Source of the DNA: Eutreptiella sp. 'Long Island Sound 2002'
Lineage: Eukaryota > Protista > Euglenida
NCBI GenBank assembly: GCA_964036045.1
Contig: OZ038378.1
Coordinates: 10,292,001-10,356,000 of the forward strand
Direction: 5' to 3'
DNA: 64,000 nucleotides
Shown here: piece after piece, positions 25,311 to 38,804 of the stretch
Position numbering within the stretch: the stretch's first letter is position 1
Layout: every line of letters begins with the position of its first letter
Notes under the pieces: generated by a model
What the model saw: only the letters and a program-made list of their open reading frames with translations
Told to the model about the DNA's origin: nothing
The model's database searches: none
Program-made: the position numbers and the translations under genes

Positions 25311-26592
25311 CCATTAAAAAGCGTGGATTAGGGCTCCGTGTCAAAAGTGGCCCAAGAAGATGCCCAGTGCGCGCCCGGCGCGCTGACACTCCCCCAAGAA
25401 GCAAAGCATGAAATGCAAGGAACGGAAGTAGAGCTATGGAACATTCCCCTGTGGTCTCATATTGTTGGCATAGATTAGACATGTAAGGCGTGCATCCATT
25501 ATTGCCCCCTTCAGCTCCGCCTTCCAAACGCCCAGTTTTCACATGATGCTCCTCTTGAACGTTGGCTTGCTCCTTATTCTTGTGCTTTTGTGCTTTCAAT
25601 CATTGTGCCCATTCAACCCTAAGGGGGGCTGTGAGGTGCCGCATGGGGTGCCCAAGGTGGTGTTGTCTGTGTGTTCACAGATAAATGCCATGCCGCCCCT
25701 TGAGGCTCGCTGGAAGAGTTGAGTTCCTGTTTTGTGGTACTGACACCGTGCGCAATTGGGTTGCTGACTGCATTGGAGGCCATCTGCCAAAAGGGCGTTA
25801 CAAATGTGCGGGAGATACCCCGTGCCAGTCACATAAATGTGAGTTGTCCACAAGGTGAACGCTTCATTCCTCATGTATGAAGTACCCGCTCCGCAGGTGT
25901 ACAAATCCATGCCCCAGTACGTTTGCTGTTGTGAAATCAATCCTCGGTCAATGCGTAAGATGGCACAATAGAGTCGCCCTTGGGGGCACTGGTGTGGTGC
26001 GTGTGCAGTGCGGGTCCTTGGCAGCCATTGCTTTCAAGGGTTTTGGGCAGAGATTTGCATCCGTTGTTTGTGTCACCTGTGGGGCCTGTGGGAACCTTTT
26101 AGGTGGCTGCATTGCGGAGGAGTTGTATGGGCACATTGGGAAGTGTGGACTGCTGGAGCACCGGGTCTTTCCTTTTTGCTGCGCGTGCCTGTGTGCGCTC
26201 TTCTTTTCTTGCCTGGGGAAAGTGGGATCGTTCCCCGGTGAACCTTGTGTCAAAGGTGCACACGTAAGCACGCGGTGCCCCGCCATCAAAACCTTGACCC
26301 GTGTTACCTTGCTCGTGGGCGGGACAGGTGCTAGTTGTTGCCCGCCAGCGCATCAGCGCGCATCGCCGTCCTCATTGCGAGCCCCCCCTCAAGTTTCACT
26401 CCTCCAGTGTGCAACGCATCCACAACTGCCGGGACAAAGACTGCCATTCTGTGAGGCGTCCAAAGGGGCGCAGGGTGTTTCAACCAGCAGCTTGGCCCGT
26501 TTCCTGCGTGAAGCACAATTCAAGTGGTTGTCTGCTTTGCCATCTTTAAGGGTCTCTGAGGATCGTCACTGTCCCTGTCATGAGCACTCGGC

Positions 26593-27432
26593 TCAGGCCG
26601 TGGTGGCGGCATTGAGTGCAGTTGCAGCTGTCTTCGCAGCCGTGCTTGAGCCGGCAGTTGTGAGGCGCACCACTGTGACACCCAGGCAGGGAGAGAGCGA
26701 CCCTTCCTGCACCGGCCACTGCGCCTCTGAGACTTCCATCCGATATGCCGTGGCTGGTTCCAGCGGTTGCGAGGGGCACCACGTGAGAGCCCCTGCATGC
26801 CGCGCATTGCGGTAGTCCAGGGGCAGCCCCTGGAGGGTGGGCCGCGCACGAACGCACGGGGACGTCGCCACCTTCACAACGCCGGGAACGACCTCGCCGC
26901 TGTCGTCAGCAACGACCCGAAGACAGCCCCCCAGAGCCTCGGCTTCGAGATCCAGGATGCAGATGGGGGCCCCAGTCGGCCACCGGAAGTCCAGCACGTT
27001 CAAGGTAATCGAGCAGCCCTGGGCCGGGGTGCTGACCACTGGAAAGGTCGCGGCAGCATACGGGAGCAGGCCGCAGTACGCGCACGGCGACTCATTGCGG
27101 CACGGGTGCCTGCTCGCCTGGCACTGCTCCCCGAGCTCCCAGTGCAGCTCCACGGCACCGCACACGACCGACGCCAAGCAGGTGGGCACTGGGGGCTGCC
27201 CGGCCTCAAGGTATCGGATCAAGATCACGGTCTCTCCGACGGCCGTCAAGGGGCGCTGGGGACACAGTGCCTTACCATCGGAGATGAGGCGGAATCCGTC
27301 CGGCGGATCCCCAATCCGGCCACAAATTGCTTGCTTCAGGTCGGACACCTTGCCACCGTCGGGAACGTCGACCTCGAGACCGGGGCCGCTGAGACCGGGG
27401 CCGTCGAGCTGCCGCACAGAGAACACCACCAT
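26593..27432 (-). CDS. Intronless 279-aa protein: N-terminal ubiquitin-like domain, Cys-rich linker, C-terminal Ig-like (SbsA/Big_5-like) domain
   Basis: MVVFSVRQLDG...LEVDVPDGGKVSDLKQAICGRIGDPPDGFRLISDGKAL fits the ubiquitin-fold pattern. LTWCPSQPLEPATAYRMEV fits Big_5-like strands. Uninterrupted GC-rich ORF, ATG at 27432, TGA at 26593. Confidence 0.72.
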   Translation of the reverse strand: MVVFSVRQLDGPGLSGPGLEVDVPDGGKVSDLKQAICGRIGDPPDGFRLISDGKALCPQRPLTAVGETVILIRYLEAGQPPVPTCLASVVCGAVELHWELGEQCQASRHPCRNESPCAYCGLLPYAAATFPVVSTPAQGCSITLNVLDFRWPTGAPICILDLEAEALGGCLRVVADDSGEVVPGVVKVATSPCVRARPTLQGLPLDYRNARHAGALTWCPSQPLEPATAYRMEVSEAQWPVQEGSLSPCLGVTVVRLTTAGSSTAAKTAATALNAATTA

Positions 27433-30189
27433 TTTGCAGCGACTCTCTGCAGTGGAAAGAGGTCGGCATGCGCGGCAAGGAGGGGGCAGCGGGGGGAGGG
27501 GGGGTTGGCACAAGGCCTTGGTGGTTGGCTCTGTTAGCCTGTGGCGGCGCCTATTGGCCTCTCGCCCTTGAACCTTCTGCTATGACAAGCAGGCATCCGT
27601 ACTACTGCGGGCATCCACCTGCCTGGGTGGGAATCCAGAATGCAACTTCTGCAGCGGGGGGGGGGGTTACCCCACCTGTTTGGGATGACAGTTTGCTCTG
27701 CCCCAACCGCTTCTATCCGCCCCCACCGGCACGAATTGTTTTGTGACTGCAGGCCTTTCGCCACCCCCCCGAAACGCTTTTCCAACCAGTATCCACTTTG
27801 GTAACCCTTCTATAGCCCCCGTGGGAGTGGGGTTGCGTGCACGACCTCCAGGGAAATGGCATGGGTTGGTGGTAGCTCAGCGTACAGGATCAGCATGTGG
27901 TGTGATGGGAAATCAATGACTGTAACCTCGAGGTCCTCCACACCCCACATGGTGATTGAGCTTCACCCGTGCTCCCTTGCGTGTACTGCCATCTGTTGAG
28001 TGTAATACTGCCAAGACAAAAAGTAAGTGCCTATTTAATATGTGTGCCTGGGTTGTCTGGGGAAACAGGGGAAGGAAAATGGGGGCGCAGGACGAGAGTC
28101 ATGGTGATCCGTTATGCTTAGCAGCTCCGATACCTGAGGCTTACAGCTTGTGGAGCGGGTTTGCAACTCAGAGAAGAAAAATCAGGACAAGTAGAAGTAG
28201 TCCCATGCTGCAAAGATTGACAAACTCCCGGAGGCCAACATCATTCTGCCCGTGCACACAAAATGACATGCGGATGCCTTTGAAGCTCCACGTCATACTA
28301 TCCGGTACTCTTCCACCCTCCATACCCCCATCCATCGGCTCCGACCTCCAGTTTTGTTCCGCCGCCCACAGATCGGGTGCCAAAATGCGTCGTTCACCAC
28401 TACGCATACAAGCCTGCACCCACTCGGTAGTCTTCAAACAACTCGGTTGTGGACCCATCCAAAACCAATCGCTCGCTCAATGCTGCATCTGATACCTCCT
28501 TGAGCACACATCCATGGACACGGGACTCCCAATCTCCGCGGATCCCAGCTCAACGCTTGGTACCTGCGCACAGCCTGCAACCCAAACCTCCAGCACATCC
28601 TCCGAGCACCCCAAGCTAATAGGACTGCTTCACCTATGCAAACTCTTTGGCCTGCAACAGTATGCATCAATTCGTGATGCCTCTTCTACCAACAATACCA
28701 AACCTTTCGAATACCAAACCTTGTGTCTTGTTGCATGTCTCTTGGGGAGATTCATAATATGCCAACATGGAGGGTTTTGGCAGTGTTGGGGAAGTTTTGC
28801 AAGTTTCGCTTCAATGTGTGGAAGTAAGAACGTCCCCCTCTTTTGAGGGTGGGAAACTCAAGAAATACATGTTTTGGAAGGTGTTTAGATGGCTAAGGGC
28901 ATTAGGGCCTAGTAAGGGGTTGGAAGGGCGAAAAATAGGGGATTGCATCATCCTATGCAGATTGCTAAAAATTAACATAGGGACAAAATTGGTGGGCCAT
29001 CATTCACCCCTAAAAGTGACGGTGAATGATGGCAATGAGGAAGGAATGTTTCCAACTTCCATGGTGCGGCCTGGCTAAAGGGTAGGGATGGGCTAATTTT
29101 TAGGGGTAAAATGGCTATTTTTTTACCACTCCGGGTGAGATCCTATCAACAGGGACGTCGAAATTTTGCCCTCGCACAGCTCTCCCACTGTCCCAAACTT
29201 CTCCAAAACAAAAAATTTTGAACTTCTCTTCCCAAAAATAGGGGGGGGGGGTACCCCTCCCCCCCCAAAAAAAGTGCACCCGGTAATGGGGGTAGGGGTG
29301 CAGTGCAGTGTGTCTGGAACCTGACCAGAACAGGCAAAAAAAATCCAAACTGTCAATGGTAGCGGCCACTTTTCGAAAAAAATATATGGTTCCGGACCCC
29401 ACCTTTAACCCATACATCTCCGAAAAGCCCTTTGCAAGGGCTTTCCGAATATACCCCACATAACCCCCCACCTACGGACACTCAGTGGACACAAATGAGG
29501 CAACAATGGCTCTGACCCGCAAAAACCCTCCATGCTAGGATAAAACCCGACACCCGAGAGATACTTACATCCGCACTAGCTTCCCACCAAAGGGGGGGGG
29601 GCGTCTTCCAGTTGCAGACCCACACTGGTCCCTGTGAGCAGTGGGCTCATTTGAGATTTTTATTTGGTACTAAGACCCATGTACCATGGAAGCTGTACAG
29701 GCCAGCACCAAGCAAATAATCATCATTGCAAGGCACAGGCACCCCTAGTCCCAAAGGCAAAGTCAATCTGTAAGGCTCCTGGAGAGATGCAACCACCACA
29801 GCCCACCATATATGAGGACCATTGCCACGAATGTTGCCGCACAGGACGCACGCATGGTGCACACAACGTACAGTAATTGTCTGGCCCTCTAACCCCGTGT
29901 GACCTGACGGATGACGATGACAAAAGCGGTTGTTCCTTGTTTCAGACTACTCACTGCATCTTTCAGGCACCATTTCACAAGCGCTCCACTGGGGTCGGTG
30001 TTGCTGCACACATCCTTGGGCCATTGCATTGCGGTGATGACTTTCTTTGCATCAGCTACGCACACAGTGGCATGACCATTCAGCGCAACTGGGGCCCAGT
30101 GTCACGGCTGTCGCTCCTTCAGCGCCGCCCGTGTGGTCCCAAGGCATCATCATCGGCGTGTTCATCACTGCAACTCTCCACGGCATCTC

Positions 30190-30420
30190 TTCAGCACAGC
30201 CCATCGCCGGACACCCATGTTGTTCGTTGTTACAATATGGTCCATGGAGGCACAGTCGGCCCCTCTCACCGTTAGTGGTTCGCCATCAGCCAAGGACGCA
30301 TGGGACTCCCCAATGGCTCCAACCTACAGCCTACAGCCCAACACGCGGAAATTATATGCCATGAATGGGCGCACAAATGCTCGTCGAATTCTTGATTTAG
30401 AATGATGTATCTCTGCTGTC
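30190..30420 (-). mobile_element. DDE transposase relic, copy C (frameshifted)
   Basis: HSKSRI/..EHLCAHSWH...LHGPY aligns by eye with H..YRARIEHLFGQLWH...PYGPW of copies A and B. Nucleotide match CCTCCATGGACCA vs CCTCCTTATGGACCA. Confidence 0.45.
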
Positions 30421-32722
30421 ACACTTTCACTCTGCCATTTGTAGTGTGCGTAGCAGAGCACTACATAAAACCATGCGGCACCATGTACAACTCCTGATTT
30501 CCGATTTTGCAGACAGTATCCCCTCCCAAGAAATCCCGACACCAGCCTGAAAATGATGTCCTGAGCATGAGGTGGTTTTACTGGGAACCACCGCACCATT
30601 TTGCACTGGTATTTCCACGATGCACCACACGTCCACTGTGCTCGTCCACTCCTGCCGAATCGCCCCAAAGTTGCGCTGCGCGCGCACTCCAGGTCCTGCC
30701 TTTTTCAACTTTTGTTTTCACCCAAGCCTGGCTGGGGAAGGGTGCAGGCCGAGCGCTTGTAAAAATTTTCGGGCCGCAGAGGCCAAAAAATGCAGTAAAT
30801 TGCGATTCCCCAGGGCTACGTGCATTTCTAGCGAATTTCGCTTGATCCGGGGTGGGCAATCCGTCAAGTGCTCGCCCTATGACACTCCCCTGAGGACTAC
30901 TGGCATTCCAGCACAGGCATCCATCTGTGCACGCTAACTTTCGTCGCTTTGCTATCCCCGGACTGTGCGCAAATGAGCAGGTGCCAGCACTGCAGTATGT
31001 GAAAGGCGTTGTGGCATTGATACAGGGGGAGAGTACGTCCGTGTGGGCCGGTGTGCAGCCTTTACGCCAACTGTCCAAAGGTTAGCCCCCAAACTTAAAA
31101 CCGCAGGAACACTGACCTGGCCGATGAGAGGGGGCATCAGTCCATCGCTGACCCAACATGCCCTGGCCAACTGATGGGCTTTGTAAAGGAGACGGACCAG
31201 AAGGCCGGTGGTCTCCCAACACCGCGTGATCTGTGTGGATTGAACCCACACAGGCAAGTGCCCCCCCGCCCCCCTTCCGTAAGCACGGCTGAACTCATGG
31301 AATACGATGGTCACACTGGGATCCCGTGCTCGTTAGACAAGGCCGTGCTTCCACACGCCCCACACGACGCAAGCGGGTCCTGGGGGTCTGGGCCCCAATG
31401 CCGCAACGTTCACTGAAAACGACATTTGACCAAATGGAAGTGGGTGGCAGACTGGGGCACAAGGTTGTGATGGGCCGCAATGCATCTCACAGACACGACC
31501 CAGCCCCTCTTTCTCACTCACAAAGCTGGCCATCTGGCGTCCTTGGCCACAAACACTGCAGTCAGCAAACCGATGGTCAGACAGGTCACTGTGTTGAACA
31601 AGGCCTTGGCCGGCGCAAGGGGGATGGAGATACTGTGCATCCGATTTGGTTACAGCCCCTCAGCATGGCACAGCACATGGGCATGGGGGTCTGGGCAGAG
31701 TATCAAACGAGGGTACAATCTTGCCCGCCGAAAAGGCAATCATCACAATAGTCGTCAGATCATCCCAATCTGAAATCGCAGTGCACAGAGTCAAAAGGCC
31801 CACTTGACCCATCTGTTATGAAGTCATCCCGCATCAACTCACGGATATTGGAGGTCCGTTTGCAGCTTGGGAGTGGTGAGGTGGCCAGGAACACCGCAGT
31901 GCATGGAGCCTTGGGACAGAATCACTGCAAACTGCCACGGAAGCAGAGCGTCAGCCAAGCTCCCAAGCTGCCAAACAAATTCAGCAACCTGAGCACAGCC
32001 TTCTATCAGAGTTGAGCCCACCCACCCAAGCCTGGGATGTCTGGCCACAGAGCCCTCTGCAGTGGTGATGGCCACTGTGATGTAGAGTCAAACGCCCAGT
32101 CGGTTCCCATGAAAAGCGAGCACGGCCGAAACCAGGGAAAAGGACGGTCAGACCGGGATCGCACGTGTAGACAACGGCAGATTGAAAGGCAACCCACAGG
32201 CACGCGGGTTCTGGGCGGGCTTGGGCCCCACTGCAGCAACATTCACTGAAATCCACTTCAAGACCTGTCGAAGTGGGTGGCAGTCTCAAGCCCAGTGCCA
32301 TTATGACCAGACCAAACTCTTCACAGGCATGACCCAGCCCCTCTGTCCCACTGCAACAGGTTCACAAGCAGGTCTCCTTTCAATGTCGACCACAGAAGAG
32401 GCCAGTCAGAAGACCTACGGTCAGGCGTGGTCGCCCCGTGACCAGGTGCAAAAATAGAGCTGTGGGGATGTGGAAGAGCAGCTTGACTGAAACGTCTGCT
32501 GCAAAAGAGGGACAGTGCTTAAGCTACAGTAACTGCATAGCCTTACCCCAGCCCCACTTTGCAATGGTCCCGGCAGCGCACAATGGTCCCCCACATGGGA
32601 GGGGGAACATGGCCAAAATGACAGTGCCCCCAGCCCCCCAGGGGAACGTTATTATGCGTGCAAACCCAACCAAGAACAAGGGGTTGCTGTTAAGCTGTCG
32701 AGCTGGTGCACATTCAAACTGC

Positions 32723-33325
32723 TCACAATCTGTGCCAACCAGGTGTGACTAAATGCAAAAGCAACACCGCGTCCTGACGGACCATCCACCACCAATATGG
32801 CACCCGCATGAACCGAACAACAGTGCCAGTTGGAAACATGTCCATGGGATCAGATTCCATGGTTTGTACACAATACAATGGGGTGCTCTGCAAGATAAAG
32901 ACAGTCTGGGCATCGAGGGGGAATCCTTGCACTGCGCGCTACTTTTAGACTAAGTTCTCCCCGAAGAGCCCCTAGGCACGCCCCTTGGAACCACCCTTAG
33001 AATTAGGCGACCCAAACTGGACTGGAGGGGGCCTTGAGGGGGACCTTCCCGGTTCTTGTGGCAGTGGTGAAGGACCAAGGGCCTTTGGGGGGGAACTTGA
33101 TTGTGTGTTGGGCGGCGGAGATGGAGGGCAGTCAGGTGGCGAGTTTGAACTTGGGATGGCAAAGGAGATGGACTCCATCTTGCATTGCCGATTCACCACT
33201 CTCAACCCATCTTGGTAGTATTCCAAGTGGAGGAGTCCGTCTTCAGCTGTCCCAACCACCGTGGCACGAGGTCGCAGGCCATTGGAGCGGGTATAGAACA
33301 CCCTATCCCCAATACTGAGATCCAT
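32723..33325 (-). pseudogene. Frameshifted ORF pair with Tudor/SH3-like and PWWP-like motifs, probably repeat-borne
   Basis: MDLSIGDRVFYTRSNGLRPRATVVGTAEDGLLHLEYY (ATG at 33325), a Pro/Ser linker, and in another frame MFPTGTVVRFMRVPYWWWMV. Motif similarity judged by eye only. Confidence 0.35.
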
Positions 33326-35052
33326 GGAGAAAGTGGGCCTGAGAAATGAGGAGGGAAGTATGATGTCCTGTAGCAGGCACCCTCAAAGTGTATCACCGTA
33401 TCAATCAACTGAGAAAAAGAGTAGGTGTGGTGGAAATCGGAAAAAAATGTGTGCAAAAAAGTAGAAATGGGTGAAACAGGGTGAAAATCCAAAAATGCCA
33501 AATCCCCAATGCATCAAAACCTACTACCAAACAACAATGATGCCCAAAGTACCACAAAATATAGGTTTCTATTTGGGCTTCTAGCCCAAATAGTTGCACC
33601 ACGTGCGCACTGCACTTAAGGCGCCCCTTGGGCATCCTTGATACATTGTCCAGGAAAAGGTACAACACAGGCACCCGGCACAACCGCCAATGCTTGTACC
33701 AGGAACCAATCTTGCCCATTGCCCAGTTCCACAAAATTCCGGAGGTGACCCCCCCCCTGAGGGGAGGGGAGGGGGGGGGTTGATCGCAGGGGTACATCTG
33801 AACTTTGCGGAAAATCGAGATAAATCGACTGAAGAAAGCACTAGAAAAATCTTGAGAGGGCTGAAGGGCTCAATCGCCTTGTCAGACTGCTGTATGCCAC
33901 GAAACTGTCCATCTATATACCTACCAGAGGCCTGTGTGGCTGGTAACCCCCTCCTTGTCCTAACACGGGCAGGTTCTGGTTCAGGGAGCAAAAGGGCGGA
34001 AACACGGGGTCGCCGTGTTTGGAGAAGCCCGTGTTAGAACAAGGGGGGTGCATTGACGCAGTTGCCCCCTTTGCCACCAAATTGTGAGACGGCCACTGCC
34101 CAGTCACCGCGAGCGGTCAACTATCATCAATGGGTCAACATCGTTTTAGTGGTTAATGGTAGGCTTGAGGAATAAGTAGTGCTTTGCCGATGCGTCACAT
34201 GCTGTTGAAACACCAAACAGAGCAAGGTTTGCACCATGGTCCTCTTGGGACTCTTGCATCGGGGTGCAGGTCCTGTCGTCTGGTGGGCCCCCAGGGCCAA
34301 TAGTGTACACTGATACCTGGCCCCTGTGTGTCTGTGCCCTGTGACATGGATTGTTTCCAAACATGAGCAGGTATAGCGCATGAGGGCGTGTCTGCCCTAC
34401 GGTCTGGCTTCGCGATGTGAATACCTCTGATTCACGAGTTTAAGGTAAGGACTGCATCCTTTGAACCCCCATAGGTTGTCACTATGCCCGTCGCCTGTGA
34501 ATGGGGCAGACACTGCGTTGATAGCCCCCTTCTTGAAATGGGCGGTAAATCTGGCAATGGGGTGCATTGATTCCAGAACTGGCTCTTGCAGTGCCTGCCG
34601 ACCGTTCGGCCCATACAGTCAGTCTCGGGGGTACCTTTCCGGTAGCAATGTCTCGTGAAATGACAGGGCATGCTCAGCGCAATGTGCCCAGCGAGACACT
34701 CCCCAAATCCTCTTAATGTTCAGGTAAAAACTACAAAAGAGGGGCTTCACCGTCGACTACAAAGGTCGCAGTCGCGTGCGCATGGCTGTGCACCATCGCC
34801 ATTGAGGAGTCATTTGATAAGCTGTTTGAGGTGATTCATGATAAGGATGTACCTTGGTGTGGCCGTTGGGGCATGCCTCCAACTCGGGGCAGAGATTAGC
34901 TGTCGTGCTACATCTGTTCATTCAATCCACGGTAGTTTTCCGCGAGCATCACCGCGACTTCCACTTAGTGTGCACAGAGCGCAGATTGTTCCCCAGTGGG
35001 CCGCAGCGAACCTGCAGCGTACCTGGTCTCCAATGGAGGTCTAGGCCTTCGT

Positions 35053-35441
35053 CAGGGGTGTCCTTAACGGGAAAAAAAAAAGTGTTCCGGTACCAGTTTT
35101 TCCAAAAAAGCCCGCGGGCACTCCATGTGCTCAACCATGGTTGGTGGCAGTTGGCGGTTGGCGGTTGGCGGCGGTTGGCGGTTGGCAGTTGGCAACTGGC
35201 GGTTGGTGGCGGTTGGTGGTGGTTGGCGGCGGTTGGTGGCTGGCCGTTGGTGGTTGGAGGCGGTTGGCAGTGGTTGGCAGTTGGCGGTTGGTCGCCGCTG
35301 GCGGTTGGCGGCGGTTGGTGGCGGTTGGTGGCGGTTGGCAGTTGATGGGAGTTGGCGGTTGGCGGTTGGTGGTCCCTTGGGGCGGTCCTTAAGGGCTGTC
35401 CTTAGCAAAAAAAAAAATCTCGTCCCTTAAGGACCCCCCTG
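35053..35441. mobile_element. hAT-type MITE, 389 bp, with an internal (TTGGCGG)n minisatellite
   Basis: TIR CAGGGGTGTCCTTAA / TTAAGGACCCCCCTG (14/15). Perfect 8-bp TSD GCCTTCGT at 35045..35052 and 35442..35449. CA...TG termini plus an 8-bp TSD are hAT hallmarks. Confidence 0.9.
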
Positions 35442-37124
35442 GCCTTCGTTGCAAGCACATGGGCAGATCCATGGATCCATTTCGGCAATGGCTGCCAACC
35501 TGGTTGAGCGCAGGGTCTGGGGGTTACAAAACGGTTGGTGACCTGCTGGGGGCGGACGGAAGCAGGTGGAGCAGGTCGCAATGCACGTGCATCTGTCATT
35601 GAACTGCAGAATGCCTTCCAGTTTTGGGGGGGGTGCTTTCGCTTGTAATGCAACGCCATTCAGCTGCGGCCGGGTCTCGTTGCGAAACGGCAGTCATTGG
35701 TGAGGGCCTTGGTGTGGAGCTTCAAAGCGGGGACACGCCCTCCCAGTTCGTCGCATTGGCGCCGTTTTGTCCGCACGGGATATACATCTCTGCAGGAGCA
35801 ATTTGGGGATCCAGTTCCCCTGTCCCAAGTCCCTTTGATGTATTGGCCCTGCTCCTGTGTATCGCTGCAGCAAATATTGCAGCCCCCACCCCCACGGCGG
35901 GGCCTGATCCCCCGCCTGCAGGCATACCCCTCCCAGCCCCTTCAAGCGTCAGTTCGTTCTCAGTGGATGGTCAACCGACGCCGGTTGGTCCGTAACCAAC
36001 AGCCCTTGCGGATCGGCTTGTGCACTGTTGGGGTCCGGATGTATCAGAGTCCGGCATCTGCTTTGTTGTTTTCAGCATCGAGGACGGCCCTGTCCCCCCT
36101 TTTGATCACTGATGGCATCCCCACGAGTGGCGTAGTGGTGTCCCCTGCAGCCCCCAGGTGTGCCTAGCCATTGACGCCTATCGTCTAATTGCCAACCACC
36201 GTCCATTGACCGCAGTTGTGCGATCCCAAAATCTTCGGCTGCACACATGAAAAAAAAAAGCAGCAGCAGAAACACCCCATTCCTCGACGGACAGCCCTGG
36301 CAGGGGGCGGCACAAACGGCTCCGCGAGGGGTTCACAAACAGGGATCTTCCTTGGAAAACGAAATCCTCCATCTCCTCAAACAACGACAGCCCCCACAAC
36401 AGCGATCCGAGGACATCCGCCGCACCCGCCGTGCGCGACAGCGCGTGGTAGCCCTGTCCCCTCGCCATCTCGTGCTCATCCCCATCGTCCGTCAGCCTTC
36501 CGGAGGGAGCGAGGGGGGGCGAAACAAAGAAACTGGTGCGGGTGAGACGGCCAACTGCCCGAGGGGGCAGCTCCCTGCCTCAGTGGGCGGTGGCTTCTGA
36601 GGGGGAACGGGCGGTCCTCTGCACTCATTGACTTAACAATTACTTGCCCAGCCCTGGCGACACACCTTCACAAGCTGCGGGCCACTGACACATTGCGGGG
36701 AAGCGACACGTGCCACGACACACGACATGCTTGGCTCGGATCTCCGATGGGAACCCGGCCGTCTCGACGCGAAGTGTGCAACCCGGTCTCTCAGAGATCG
36801 GCGGTGAGCGTCGCCGGAAGGGGAAGGGGTGGGGCTGGGACCGCATGCGGCCACTCTGCACATGCATGTGCGAACCTTGTGCCATCACACCTCCTTGCCT
36901 TGGAGGACGGACCCAGGAATGGCTTTCATGGGGGGTGGAAATGTGCCCAACACCAGTCTTGACGGAGGCTGAAGCGCCTTCCCCGAAGGCACTTTGGCAG
37001 ATCTGTCAGGTCATCTTAGGCTCCCCCGCAATGGACTCGGGGCTACAAGGCCACCGCAGACCCTGGGCGACCGAGGCGCAGTGAAGCCCCCCACACGCAC
37101 ATGCACCTGACATGCGCTCACTTG

Positions 37125-37262
<138 letters not shown>

Positions 37263-38331
37263 ACCATGTAAATTGATGGTCCTGACCGGGGGCGCTGGGA
37301 GCCCTACGCAAAGCAGTCAGTGCAGTATGCGCGATCACCCGGAGGCGGTGGCAGCCACCGCAGGTCTCACAATGTGCCACGGTGTCGGAGACACACGGGC
37401 GGCGGTGCACAGTCCGAGACACGATGCACGAGGTCGGGCTGAGCCACCAGACCACAGGACCGGTGCACACGTCTTGAGACTGGTGAGGCCTGCCAGAGGA
37501 CATCACACTCACCGCAGATCCCGGGTTCGGGGGGGGGGGGGGTACTCCCGCACGCCTGCCCATCAACAGAGCACCGACCGATCAGCAACTGCTGTCCATC
37601 GCAGGCCGACCGGCGGCGCTTGACCATTCACTCCCATCAACTGACCATCAACCGCCGTCGGGCAAGCGCAATCCTGCAACCCAAAATCTTGGGCTCCTTC
37701 GTGGGGGGGTGGCATTGCCCGCCTAGTCCGGGCTGGGTCCGATCAGGCACCAACCTGACCCCCCCGCCCCCCCAAAGCGCCTCAACCCACCGTGCAAAGG
37801 TGGCGCGGGCTGATGCCCATGCTGTCCCCCTCCCCCTGTGGCCCCTGTAGAACAGGTGCTGGGGGAGAGTGGGGGCTGGGTGACTGGAGCTTCTGTCGCT
37901 TGAGTGCGGGAGGTGCTGGCGCCATGTGCAGGGGCCCATGAATGTGTGGGCTGTGTGTTGCTGTGCGACAAACACAGACACAGAGAGAGCCCCCTACACA
38001 CGCGATGCGGACACGCCAACACCCGACAAACGCCTTGGGGATGGCACGCCGAAGCACTGGACGTGGACGTGAAGACTCCTCGTCAGGCCATGAAACACAC
38101 ACACACACGCACGCACGCACATGGGCAATGGGTGTACTTGTCAGAGTGCTGGATGTGCAGACCAGATATGCAGCAGACCGTGCTGCAAAAGACAGGAGCC
38201 AGGGAACAGCAGGAACGAAGCAGAAACAGAACGGTGTGGACGGAGCCTCCGGCAGGGTGACCCTTCTTAACGGAGCCGTCCACCAGGAATCGATTCACTC
38301 GGAGGCACATAACCGACATATATATTTGCAC

Positions 38332-38548
<217 letters not shown>

Positions 38549-38571
38549 CGTCATGACGTGACGGATTCATG

Positions 38572-38804
38572 TCAACGGGTGGATTCCGGTGCAGCCAAGC
38601 GAAAATCATCGAGCCGGTGCCGCGCAACACCCTCAGCAACGCTGCCCTGTGTAAGACTGACGTACTCCACACGAGACAATAATCGGACAGTGTACTTGAC
38701 CTTCAGATAGCCAGTGACGTACTCTTTGATACCCGTTCGAGGTTTTAGCCCCAAGCGGATGATGGTCTCGGCCTGCGCATCCCAGATATTGAGCTGCGCG
38801 GTGC
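38572..38804 (-). CDS. MCTP-like C2/transmembrane protein, terminal exon (end of C2 domain)
   Basis: Acceptor TGTGCAG|GC (phase 1) gives DFL-G-TAQLNIWDAQAETIIRLGLKPRTGIKEYVTGYLKVKYTV, the final C2 strands. TGA at 38572..38574. Confidence 0.8.

Noticed and set aside
28168-28700. Possible SET-domain relic (GQNDVGLREFVNLCS)
   Set aside because: Only one weak motif and interrupted frames.
36178-36540. Protein-like minus-strand frame (LSLFEEMEDFVFQGRSLFVNP) as an exon
   Set aside because: No domain match and no partner exons with compatible phase were found.
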